A stretch of 64,000 nucleotides of DNA from NCBI GenBank assembly GCA_050084985.1, contig JBITNC010000001.1, positions 47,430,001 through 47,494,000 of the forward strand, written 5' to 3'. Origin of the DNA: Nageia nagi (taxonomy: Eukaryota > Plantae > Pinophyta). The notes beneath the pieces were generated by a model. That model did no database searches. It had not been told where the DNA came from and saw only the letters and a program-made list of their open reading frames with translations. Below are positions 52,037 to 64,000 of this stretch, in pieces; the stretch's first letter is position 1, and the number at the start of each line of letters is the position of its first letter. Made by a program: the position numbers and the translations under genes.

Positions 52037-53370
52037 ATGTGGACTAGATCTAAAACCAGAGCAGCAAAAGAAGCACCAGATTTTAGAACGTTAGATACTC
52101 CTAAGAGAAAGACCCTGATCAAGTCCAAGTCTCTGAATAGTATCAGCTCCCTAAAATCCTTTACCAAACCAGAATCATCTAATCTTCACATTAGAAATAC
52201 CTCTCCTGAAATGGCTAATCCAGCTCAGAATATTTATCTGGAATAGGACAATGGGGTACCAATAGCCCTGGCGATGTTGCATGACATCCCAACAAATGTT
52301 TTCAAAACCCTTCCGAAGTTTGATGCAACTTTAGAGAAAATGGCTTATGAGCATTGTGTTGATGTAGCTGGCCTAGCTAAAATTCATAATATCCAACATG
52401 AAGATGTCATGGTGAGATTACTGGCTCAGTATTTCAAAGGAAGGGTCCTAGATTGGTACAGGGGCCTTCCTGATAGATCTATAACCACTTGGGCTCAACT
52501 GGCAGAGCCCTTTATCTTGGAATTTAAAGAAATAGGAGATCCCTTTTCCTTGTTAACACAGTTCACTTCAATCAAAAGATATGAGCAAGAAAATATCCCT
52601 GATTTCAATATTAGATTCCAAAAAACTTAGGTGAGAGTCCCCATGCCAGTCAGGCCTCAGTAATTTCAAGCCTTAATGTATTACCTGAGAGCCTTTCCTT
52701 CGGATCTCTCCCTACAAATCCAAAATTCTGGAGTAAATACTTTCTCGGAGGTCTATAGACAAGCAGTATATGCTGAATCCTATCTTATTGCAATTGGAAA
52801 ATTGCCAAGTCGCATGCCAATGCCTTATTTTCCAGTAACCGCCCAACAACAAATTTGAGACCTCAAGCAATTAGTTTGGCTCCACCACTGGCCATTATCC
52901 CCACCCCTGTCCAACAGTGGCCATCAACCTTGCCAGTCCCTAGAGCTCCCTTGGCCTTACCAGCCCCTCATCAGCCTAATATGGATCAAGTGGTAGCTTC
53001 ATCAATGGAGATTCAGGAACTCCAAAACTTGTGTAGAAATATGGCAAACCAGATTACCATTCTAAGCAGACAAAGCAATGCAAGAAGATATCCTTATCCT
53101 GCTGTAGAAAAGGTGCAGCATGTGTTAAATGAGGATGTAAGCCAAGCTTCTTCTTCCGGTCAGCCTTTGGTTTGTGTTTGGCTTGCAATGAAGCTCATGA
53201 ACAAACCACATGTCCTGTTTATCAATACCAAGAATATTTATCAAGAAGCGGGGGCATTCCTTTGCCTGGTGTAGCTGACGACATAAGTCGAGATGTGAAC
53301 CTGATGAATTTTGCACCAGCAGGTATAGGAGTTTTTGTTGTGGAAACAAGATTAGGGAAAAACCCCTAGT
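52037..53370 (+). pseudogene. Retrotransposon gag, unit 1 (stops and frameshifts)
   Basis: LPKFD...HEDVMVRLLAQYFKGRVLDWYRGLPDRSITTWAQL...IKRYEQENIPDFNIRF; CLACNEAHEQTTC knuckle. Confidence 0.85.
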
Positions 53371-55367
53371 CTCCGGTATTCCGAAAAGAAAAGTTGAATC
53401 CCAAAAGAGCTCCGAAATCAATCATATCAAGACCTCCGGAGAAGAAATGAAATAGTAAAAGGTGGTTCGACGGTCGAAAATCAACTTCAGATACTTTCAG
53501 AGAAGGAGATTTAGTATTGAAATGGGATGAGGATAGAGCTAAACCGGGGAAACACAAAAAAAATTCGAATCCATGTGGTCCGGACCCTATGTAGTAGCTA
53601 AATGCATTGGTATTATTTTTGGTATTATTTTTTCAAACTGAGTTCTAAATTCCTCTTTGATAAAGGCGAAATTTTCCCCTAAAGGTCACCATAATGTATA
53701 TTCATACATAATAAATTCTTTATTGAAGCCCCGATGTACTTTACTTGCAATCATGAGTTCATTTTAAGATCCCTGGGAGTTCTTTTGGAGCAAACAAAAT
53801 AGGTCGGAGTCAGTAGATAAAGCGTTCTGGAATGAAATGATGACATCATAGAAGAAAGGATAAAGCTCAGTTATGGAAAAGCTCAGGTTCCGGAAGAGGT
53901 GAGGTCAGCAAGAGAAAATCGAAGAAGCAGGAGCCTATAAATTAAGTGTTCCGGAAGTAAAGCATTCCGAAATAAAATGATGATGTCATAGAGGATAAGA
54001 TAGTCATGTTTTGGTAAAGACCGGGTTTTGAAGATGATGAGGTCAGCAAGGGGTGAGTAAAAAGGCTGAAGTTAGTAGATAAAGCATTCTGGAAGGAAAT
54101 GATAAAGCTCAGTTATGGAAAAGCCCAGGTTCCGAAGATGATGAGGTCAACAAGGAGTGATCGAATAGCCGGAGCCAGTGAGTAGAGCATTTCGGAAGTA
54201 TGAAGATGACATCACAGGGAGAATAATGTTCACATTTTTGAATGAAACTGGGTCCCGAAAGTGATGAGGTCAGCAAGGAGTGATTAAATAGCCGGAAGAG
54301 GTGAGTAGAGCAATCCGAAATGTAGAGATGAGGTCAGTAAAGAGAGATTGAATAGTCAGAGCCAGTAAATAGAATACCCCGGAAGAGACGAAGTCAGCGA
54401 GAGATCAGATCACAGTTATCAAGAAGCTGTATCATCTGTAATCTACCCCGTTTTTGTAATATTCTGCCAAGTGGCGTATGTAGGTAGTATCAGTTAAAAG
54501 AAGGCTAGAATCTTGAAGCCATTTTTGTAAACATTTCTATTCTGCAATTCTTATAACTATCGTTACTGTAGTATAAATATATGAAAATAAAGTGAAAGAA
54601 GGGTCGAAAGCCCTAGTATTGCTCTTTACATTTGTTCTCGAAGACCTGTAGTTTTTATCAATAATATAATACCATCTTGACCTTTCTTGTCTAACACTCG
54701 TGATTGTCATTCTTAATTTGTTTACATCATGGTAGCTTGGCTTGTTTCCTGAATGATAATTACGAGTTGCTAGTATAACTGTGTTTGCTACATGGTAGAG
54801 TAAAGCTGGGAAACTATTAGAGAGTGAGAGCTTGTACTGTAGCTGCTACACTAGATTCAGACCAAGGTTTCACACACTGTGAAAGCCCACGCTGAACTAG
54901 TGATCCACCTTTGCTTTCTCTCTTGTTACCCTAAGCCTTTTTGCTTGAATTCCTTGCACTCTACTCCTTTTTATTTCCTTTCCTGTTACTTTTTCCTCTT
55001 GTTATTTTCCTGTTACTTTGCTTTCTCTCTTGTTACCCTAAGCCTTTTGCTTAAATTCCTCGCACTCTACTCCTTTTATTTCCTTTCCTGTTACTTTTTC
55101 TACACCCAATAGATAAGGAACCGACCTTCTCCGGAGATTAGACTGTCACCATAGTATGTTCTTGATTTACTTTGGTTAAGATTGTTCATGGTGCATATAT
55201 TACACAATCCTAATCAACAGTATTTCTTTTTGGCATGCCCGGTGGGACATGAAGAAACTTATTGGTGACTCTGCTGAAGCACTATCTATGTTATGTATTA
55301 AAGCAAATTATTTGTAAATATCATATGTGCTTTTGAACCTTTCACTTTCTTTTGCAACCTGGAGTTT

Positions 55368-56177
55368 ATGTGGACTAGATCTAAAACTAGAGCAGCAAAA
55401 GAAGCACCAGATTTTAGAACGTTAGATACTCCTAAGAGAAAGACCCTGATCAAGTCCAAGTCTCTGAATAGTATCAGCTCCCTAAAATCCTTTACTAAAC
55501 CAGAATCATCCAATCTTCACATTAGAAATACCTCTCCTGAAATGGCTAATCCAGCTCAGAATATTTATCCAGAATGGGACAATGGGGTACCAATAGCCCC
55601 GACGGTGTTGCATGACATCCCAACAAATGTTTTCAAAACCCTTCCGGAGTTTGATGCAACTTCAGAGAAAACAGCTTATGAGCATTGTGTTGATGTAGCT
55701 GGCCTAGCTAAAATTCATAATATCCAACATGAAGATGTCATGGTGAGATTACTGGCTCAGTATTTCAAAGAAAAGGTCCTATATTGGTACAGGGGCCTTC
55801 CTGATGGATCTATAACCACTTGGGCTCAACTGGCAGAGCCCTTTATCTTGGAATTTAATGAAATAGGAGATCCCTTTTCCTTGTTAACACAGTTCACTTC
55901 AATCAAAAGATATGAGCAAGAAAATATCCCTGATTTCAATATTAGATTCCAAAAAACTTGGGTGAGAGTCCCCATGCCAATCAGGCCTCAGCAATTTCAA
56001 GCCTTAATGTATTACCTGAGAGCCTTTCCTTCGGATCTCTCCCTGCAAATCCAAAATTTCAGAGTAAATACTTTCCCGAAGGTCTATAGACAAGCAGTAT
56101 ATGCTGAATCCTATCTTATTACAGTTAGAAAATTACCAAGTCGCATGCCAATGCCTTATTTTCCAGTAACTGCCTAA
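55368..56177 (+). pseudogene. Retrotransposon gag, unit 2 (269-aa open segment ending at a premature stop)
   Basis: Retrotrans_gag-like motifs as in unit 1; stop TAA where unit 1 has CAA. Confidence 0.85.
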
Positions 56178-58556
56178 CAACAAATTTTGAGACCTCAAGC
56201 AATTAGTTTGGCTCCACCACTGGCCAGTATCCCCGCCCCTGTCCAACAGTGGCCATCAACCTTGCCAGTCCCTAGAGCTCCCTTGGCCTTACCAGCCCCT
56301 CATCAGCCTAATATGGATCAAGGGGTAGCTTCATCGACGGAGATTTAGGAACTCCAAAACTTGTGTAGAAATATGGCAAACCAGATTACCATTCTAAGTA
56401 GACAAAGCAATGCAAGAAGATATCCTTATCCTACTGTAGAAAAGGTGTAGCATGTGTGTGAATGAGGATGTAAGCCAAGCTTCCTCTTTCGGGTCAGCCT
56501 CTGGTTTGTGTTTGGCCTGCAATGATGCTCATGAACAAACCACATGTCCTGTTTATTAATACCAAGAATATTTATCAAGAAGCAGGGGCATTCCTCTGCC
56601 TGGTGTAGCTGACAACATAAGTCGAGATGTGAAACTGATGAATTTTGCACCAACGGGTATAGGAGTTTTTGCTGTGGAAACAAGATCAGGGAAAAACCCC
56701 TAGTCTCTGGTATTTCGGAAAGAAAAGTTGAATCCCAAAAGAGCTCCGGAATCAATCATATCAAGACCTTCGAAGAAGAAATGAAATAGTAAAAGGTGGT
56801 TCGATGGTCGAAAATCAACTCCGGATACTTTCAGAGAAGGAGATTTAGTATTGAAATGGGATGAGGATAGAGCTAAACCAGGGAAACACAAAAAAAAATT
56901 CGAATCCATGTGGTCCGGACCTTATGTAGTAGCTAAATGCGTTGGTATTATTTTTGGTATTATTTTTTCAAACTGAGTTCTAAATTCCTCTTTGATAAAG
57001 GCAAAATTTTCCCCTAGAGGTTGCCATAATGTATATTCATACATAATAAATTCTTTATTGAAGCCCGATGTACTTTACTTGCAATCATGAGTTCATTTTA
57101 AGATCCCCAGGAGTTTTTCTGGAGCAAACAAAATAGGTCGGAGTCAGTAGATAAAGCATTCCAGAATGAAATGATGACATCATAGAAGAAAGGATAAAGC
57201 TCAGTTGTGGAAAAGCCCAGGTTCCGGAAGAGGTGAGGTCAGCAAGAGATAATCGAAGAAGCCAGAGCCTGTAAATTAAGCGTTCCAGAAGTAAAGCGTT
57301 CTGGAATAAAATGATGATGTCACAAAGGATAAGATAGTCACGTTTTGGTAAAGATCGGGTTTCGAAGATGATGAGGTCAGCAAGGGGTGAGTAAAAAGGT
57401 TGAAGTCAGTAGATAAAGCATTTTGGAAGGAAATGATAAAGCTCAGTTATGGAAAAGCCTAGGTTTCGAAGATGATGAGGTCAGCGAGGAGTGATTGAAT
57501 AGCCGGAGCCAATGAGTAGAGCATTCCAGAAGTATGAAGATGACATCATGGGGAGAACAATGTTTACATTTTTGAATGAAACCAGGTCCCAGAAGTGATG
57601 AGGTCAGTAAGGAGTGATTAAATAGCCGAAAGAGGTGAGTAGAGCAATCCAAAATGTAGAGATGAGGTTAGCAAAGAGAGATTGAATAGCCAGAGCCAGT
57701 AAATAGAATACCCCAGAAGAGACGAAGTCAACGAGAGGTCAGATCACAGTTATCAAGAAGCTGTATCATCTGCAATCTACCCCATTTTTGTAATATTCTA
57801 CCAAGTGGTGTATGTAGGTAGTATCAGTTAAAAGAAGGCTAGAATCTTGAAGCCATTTTTGTAAACATTTCTATTCTGCAATTCTTGTAACTATCGTTAC
57901 TGCAGTATAAATATATGAAAATAAAGTGAAAGAAGGGTCGAAAGCCCTAGTATTGCTCTTTACATTTGTTCTCGAAGACCTATAGTTTTTATCAGTAATA
58001 TGATACCATCTTGACCTTTCTTGTCTAACACTCGTGATTATCATTCTTAATTTGGTTACATCGTGGCAGCTTGGCTTGTTTCCTGAATGATAATTGCGAG
58101 TTGCTAGTATAACTGTGTCTGCTACATGGTAGAGTAAAGCTGGGAAACTATTAGAGTGAGAGCTTGTACTGTAGCTGCTACACTAGATTCAGACCAAGGT
58201 TTCACACACTGTGAAAGCCCACGCTGAACTAGTGATCCACCTTTGCTTTCTCTCTTGTTACCCTAAGCCTTTTTGCTTGAATTCCTTGCACTCTACTCCT
58301 TTTTATTTCCTATCCTATTACTTTTTCCTCTTGTTATTTTCCTATTACTTTGATTTCTCTCTTGTTACCCTAAGCCTTTTGCTTAAATTCCTCGCACTCT
58401 ACTCCTTTTATTTCCTTTCCTGTTACTTTTTCTACACCCAATAGATAAGGAACCGACCTTCTCCAGAGATCAGACTGTCACCATAGTCTGTTCTTGATTT
58501 ACTTTGGTTAAGATTGTTCATGGCGCATATATTACACAATCCTAATCAACAGTAAC

Positions 58557-61500
58557 ATATTTGTTGACTTCATCATTGCAAAAGTGTAATATTGCCCTAT
58601 TTCCTCTAGGCATCATATCACGATAATCTACTTGTTGACATCATTAGCTCTAAAGTGCAATAGTTTTCCTTTACCTTTATCACATTGTGGTAAACCCTCT
58701 ATTGACATCATCAACCTTAAAGTATGGCAATCTGACTTTTGCACTATTCTTGATTATGACAACTCCATTCTTCCGTACAATGACTTTGTTTAACTGTGCC
58801 TTGCTCTTTGTTTGATTACTACTATTTCAGATTTAATCATAGTAATTTTTTTTTGTTCGTAATAACTCAAATTATTTAATTGGCATTAGAGCCTCTTCGA
58901 TTTATTGGGTTTAATATATCCAAAAAATGGAAATTCTCCTTAGTTATTGATCCCTATGTTTAGTGGTAAACATTTTGAATACTAGATCATCAAAATGAAA
59001 ACTTTTTTCATCTCTCAAGACCTATGGAATCTTATCTCTTAAGGTTATATAGAAGTAGATGCAACAACATTTGCACTACTCATAACAAAATGAGAAAAAT
59101 GAATTGGACACTTGAAAGAAGGATGAGAAACCTATGTTTGCATTATAAAATGGGATAGATATTTCAATCTTCCCTAAGTTAGCAAAATGAAAAGTTTCAA
59201 AGGATGCTTAAGACACGCGAGTGTGCTTATAAGGGTTACATCAAGGTCAAATTCACTAACTCACTCTAATTGATTTTCTTGGAAGCTTACAGACTATAGA
59301 AAAGGATCAAAGACAAGTATAATCATATTGATCAAGCTTTCAAAATAAAACTCATAATGAATAAGTAACCTTCTACTTCCTCCAGTTTAGAGTATTCTAG
59401 AGGCTATGGACAAGGTCATTGTGGATGAGATCATGGAAGAGGTGATCATGGTAGAGGAAGAGACAAATCAACCAATCATAGATTAAGCTCAAACTTATAA
59501 TATTATGACTTCTACATAAATGATGGTCATATGGAACAACAATTTTTCAAGAAAAAAAAATAATAGAAAGCTAACTTCACTAAAGAGTCTTGTAGTGATA
59601 TCAACCTATATTTGATGCATAACAACTTTGAAGCTATTAATGATCAGATTTGATATATGGAAAATGGTTGTTCTAATCATATAACTGTAAACAAGAGCTT
59701 GTTTATCAACCTTGAGGATAATATCATTAATAAAATCAAGTTTTATGATAATATTCAAGTCAGTGTTACTAGTAGACATTCCATTGCTTTCAAAGTAAAG
59801 AATAGTGAGATCATACACATGCATGACACATTTTATGCTTTGGGGCTAAAGCATAATCTAATTAGTGTTGGTCAGGTGTGCTTGAGAAACTAGATGCTAG
59901 TTTTCAAGAAAAAGAATTACACTATCACAAATGAGACCAATCGCCAAGAAGTTGCCACTATTCTCATAATAGATAATAGAATGTATATTATTAGAATATC
60001 ATTGATATCTATCAAATACTCAAAGTCTACTCTTGATCCAGCATGGTTGTAGCATAAGCATTTCAGCCATGTTAACTTTAACTCATTATGGGGAATGCAT
60101 AATCTTGTGAGAGGTTTGTCGACCTTCTCTAATTTATTAGACACTATGTGTGAGAGCTAAATTTATAGGAAATAACATCATGACAAGTTTCCCACCCACC
60201 CACACCATTCCAAGGCATCCTTATAATTGGTGCATGTGGATCTTTACAGCCCTATGCAAACTCCCAACATTTCCAAGTGTAGTTATACAATAATTTTTAT
60301 TGATGATTATTCTTCCATGAATTAGTTGTACTTATTACATGTCATTTTCGATGCTTTTGACTACTTTCTCAAGTTCAAAGCATCGGTTTAAACCCAATCT
60401 AGCTATACTCTTAATAAGTTCCTTACCTTTCTGATAACTTCAAGAACTGCTGCAATAAGTATGGGATCAAGTGATAATACACAACTACCTATACTCAACA
60501 AAATAACATTACATAATGAAAGAAAACATGGTTGTTGAAATGGCCCGATGCATGGATAAAAAATTATGGGGGGAAGCTATCCATACTGATGTTTACATCT
60601 TAAATCATTACTTGACTAAGGTTATGTAGGATTAAACCTCCTATGAGGCTTGGTTTAATAAGAAACCAAGTATATCTCACCTAAGGATTTTTTGGTCCAA
60701 TTGCTATGTACATATTCCTAAGGAGAATATGTAGAAATTGGATGAAAAATCTATTAAGTATATCTTTATGGGATACTTAAACAAGTCTAAAGCCTATAAG
60801 TGTTGTGATTTAATCTCTAGTAAGTTGCACATCAATTGGGATATGATTTTCAACAAAAGGTGTGTTTATACCAAGGGCTCTAATACTTTTGGTATCATTC
60901 CCAAATTTGTAGACATTTATTTCCTTTGAATCAGTTGAGCCCCATCAGCCTTTCCCCCCATAGTCACCCAACCACTCAATAGCTCCTTCTCCTTACAATA
61001 TGAGGCTTGCACGAGATCATCCATAGTCTCAGATATTGGATGATGATTTCACCAAAATAGTTACTTGACAATAATCAAGGGGGGGTGATCATATCACCAA
61101 CTATGCCTTGATGTTTTATCCCCTCATTGAGCCTTCCAACTTCAAAGAAGTTACTACAAATGAAGATTGAAAAGCGATAATGGAAGATGAGATAGAGAAA
61201 ATCTAAAAGGATGACTCTTGCGAGCTTATCCATTTCCCAAATCACAATACCATTGTTATAATTGAAATAATAGTTATTAGGGTTATTTAATAATATTCAA
61301 TTTAACTAATTAATCATAAAGTAATACTAAATAATATAATACAAGTGATGATAATGATCTAATTAACCTGATTAACTTTAACCTATCAAATTGGGTTAAT
61401 GAAAGATACAAACATGAACATCACTAGTGATGATGAACAAAAGAGATATTTGACTAAGAAGGGATGAATGATGAGCTTCTTTGAAAGATGGATCCACTAA

Positions 61501-63726
61501 TACAACCTCAACCTAGCAATGATGTTAAGATACCAACAATGTTGCTTAAATACCATTCCAGATCACCTTTCATGTTCACTGGATGTTGCATCGTCATACC
61601 TTTGATGCTCAAAACATACAAATGGGTTCAAAAGATTGCAAAAATGTAAAGCACTGTGTATAACAAAATACAAATATGATAGGTGGCATTATGAAACATC
61701 TGTTAAGAATGACACAATTATATTACTACCTATCAAGGATTCCAAATCATGTCATGATTGCTCATGCACATCCCATCCACCTTTATAGATAGTAAGTCTA
61801 GTGGTAAGGCTCCTCCTTGGGCTTATGGTTTACATGGGTCAAGACTCCTTGGGCTTATCTTTGGATTGACCTATTATCTTAAAACATAAAGGTAGATAAG
61901 AGTGCACAATGATAAGTGAATTTCTTTAATTAAATAAATGAATTATTTCAAATACCTAAAAGACTATTTTAATCAAATTAAAATTCTCTTTTAGATGTTA
62001 ACAACTATCATTTGAGTCAAATGGATATACAAAATGAAGCATATTATTGATGGTAGCATTGTAAAACAAAAAGATTGGTTGGTTTCTAATTATTATGCCT
62101 AGAAAGAAGGCCTTCACTATGAAGATATGTTTGCACCTATCACCCACCTTGAGATAGTTTACTCTCTTCTTGCTTTAGCTTTTCATTTTGGTCTCACTAT
62201 CTACCAAATGGATTTTAAGTTTTAATGCCTTCTTGAATGGAGACTTGGAAGAAGAAGTCTACGTGAATCAAACCCCATAATTCACCATTGTTGGACATAA
62301 GGACAAAGTGTATTGGCCCAAGAAAGCTCTTTATGGGCTAAAGTAAGCCCCCAAGCCTAGTATTCCTGGATTGGCAACTACTTCCATCATAATGGCTATT
62401 AGAGGTGCTTCATGGAAGCCACATTGTACATAAAGGTGTATGAATCTAACTATAGCATTATTAATCTCTATATTGATGATATTATTTTTATGAGCTCCTC
62501 TTCTTCCCTGCTCCGACAATTTAGGAATGCCATGGTTAATGAGTTTCAGATGAGTGATTTAGGTGACATGTAATAATATTTGGGCATGTAAGTTCAAAAT
62601 TCATTCAATGACATCTTCATCACTCAAACCAAATATGTTTATGATATGCTTGCCATATTTTCAATGAAATATTGCAAACCTCTTGGTACCCCGTAGTTAT
62701 AGGTTGTAAATTGTTGAAAAGATAACTTATCGATATTCTAATGCATCTCATAGCTACCTGACTTGATATAATATTTATTATTATTATACTAACCATATTC
62801 ATGCATTTTCCTCATGAATCCCATTGGAAAGTAGCCAAAAGGATACTTTAGTATATGTTCAACACCAAACCCTTTGGTATGTGGTATAAGTCTATTGACT
62901 CTAAGACTCTTGAAGCATATACAAATGTTAATTGGATTGATGACCTTGATGAATAGAAGAGAACCCTCATATATGCCTTCTTCTTTAGTAAATCCCTCAT
63001 CTCAAGGAGTAACAAGAAGTAATATACAATTGCTCTTTCCAACACAAAAGAAAAATATATGGTTGCCTCCTTTACTTGCATCTAAGCCATTTGGATAGGT
63101 TAGTTGTTTGAGGATTTGGTATGGAACTTACCCAACCCATTTCCATCCCTTGTGATAACACCAACACCATTTCAATGACCAAGAATCTAGTGTTTCATAG
63201 AAGGAGAAAGCACATAAATATGTGACACCATTTTATTAGAGACTTGGTGAATGATGGCTTCCTTGAATTCAAGTTTTGTCTCACTAGTGACCAACTCATG
63301 GACATCTTCACCAAAGCATTATGAAATGAATGATTCCTTAGTCTCTAGAATCTTATTGGAATTTAACCCATTCAAATTAAGGGGGAGAATGGAGGAATTT
63401 AATATTCCTAAGTTGACTTCATTTTTATGTGAATAGTCTTATTATGTCAATGGCCTAGTCACTCCATGCCAATGGCTCTTACTTTGTTCTTTATTCACCT
63501 ACCTACATTTAATTTTGTTACCTTTATCACATCAAGATAAAGCCTTTATTGGCATCACTAGCCTTAAAGTATGATAATTTGACTTTTGCACTATTCTTGA
63601 TCACAATAACTCCATTCTTTTATACAATGACTTTGTTTGACCATAATTTGCTATTTGTTTAATCATGGCTATTTCATATTTGACCATGATAATTCTTTTA
63701 TTTATTATGGCAACTCAAATTCTTCA
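58557..63726 (+). mobile_element. Old Ty1/copia element whose 5' LTR hosts the three-LTR tandem
   Basis: 58670-58878 is homologous to ~63515-63726; PBS TGGCATTAGAGC 58881-58892; gag (IPMFSGKHFEY*IIKMKTFFISQDLW), protease (YMENGCSNHIT), IN, RT (AFLNGDLEEEVYV), RNase H (DIFTK); PPT AAGGGGGAGAA before 63390. The 5' LTR probably continues left of 50365. Confidence 0.85.
61254..62003. mobile_element. Solo LTR inserted at the start of the copia RT
   Basis: TGTTA...TAACA termini; TSD ACCAT/ACTAT (1 mismatch); host RT (..VKWIYK) resumes after it. Confidence 0.75.
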
Positions 63727-64000
63727 AATTTACCAAATCTCTCTAATAAGGGGCCTAAGGCTCATAAAACTTTGAATTATGCCTTGAGAGGTTTCCTAAT
63801 TAGTTCTATTGGAGGTAGTAACTAGATGGTTTAGAGTAAGGAAAATAAGAGTCATTATTGTACAAGAATAAGATATTTTTTACTAGATAAAGATTTACTA
63901 GGTTTACTCCCCATAAAAAGTATTTGGATAAAGAACTTTATTCCTAAGGTTGTTCTCTTTCCCTATCCTTGTAGTTGAAAATAAAGTCCTTAATGTTGAA

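Larger units (their letters stand above)
50365..58551 (+). mobile_element. Tandem three-LTR non-autonomous Ty3/gypsy (Tat-like) element
   Basis: LTRs 50365-51888, 53695-55219 and 57030-58551 (~1.52 kb); internal regions 51889-53694 and 55220-57029; single perfect TSD GTAAC (50360-50364, 58552-58556). Confidence 0.93.

Overview
AT-rich plant nuclear DNA. The giant TE-filled introns and the LTR-element types suggest a gymnosperm (inference). The only recognisable host gene is a 13-exon transmembrane-9 superfamily gene (TMN1/EMP12 type) on the minus strand, 48333->12167, with introns of about 20.9, 5.6 and 4.9 kb. Its reading frame is broken by two apparent single-G losses in G-runs (exon 2 and the 17-nt microexon 4), so it is either an assembly artefact or a young pseudogene/null allele. 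The rest is layered transposon DNA: degenerate Ty3/gypsy and Ty1/copia elements, solo LTRs, and three hAT-type non-autonomous elements with perfect 8-bp TSDs. Several LTR structures are unusual: (1) a TSD-flanked gag-only (TR-GAG-like) element carrying a long Cys/Glu/Asp-rich repetitive coding region; (2) a three-LTR tandem non-autonomous Tat-like element with one TSD, two primer-binding sites and no obvious PPT; (3) a ~2.3-kb foldback of two related LTR-like sequences in intron 7; (4) a 1.55-kb mini-copia retaining only RT-end/RNase H. All family assignments rest on motif recognition by eye; no searches were run.
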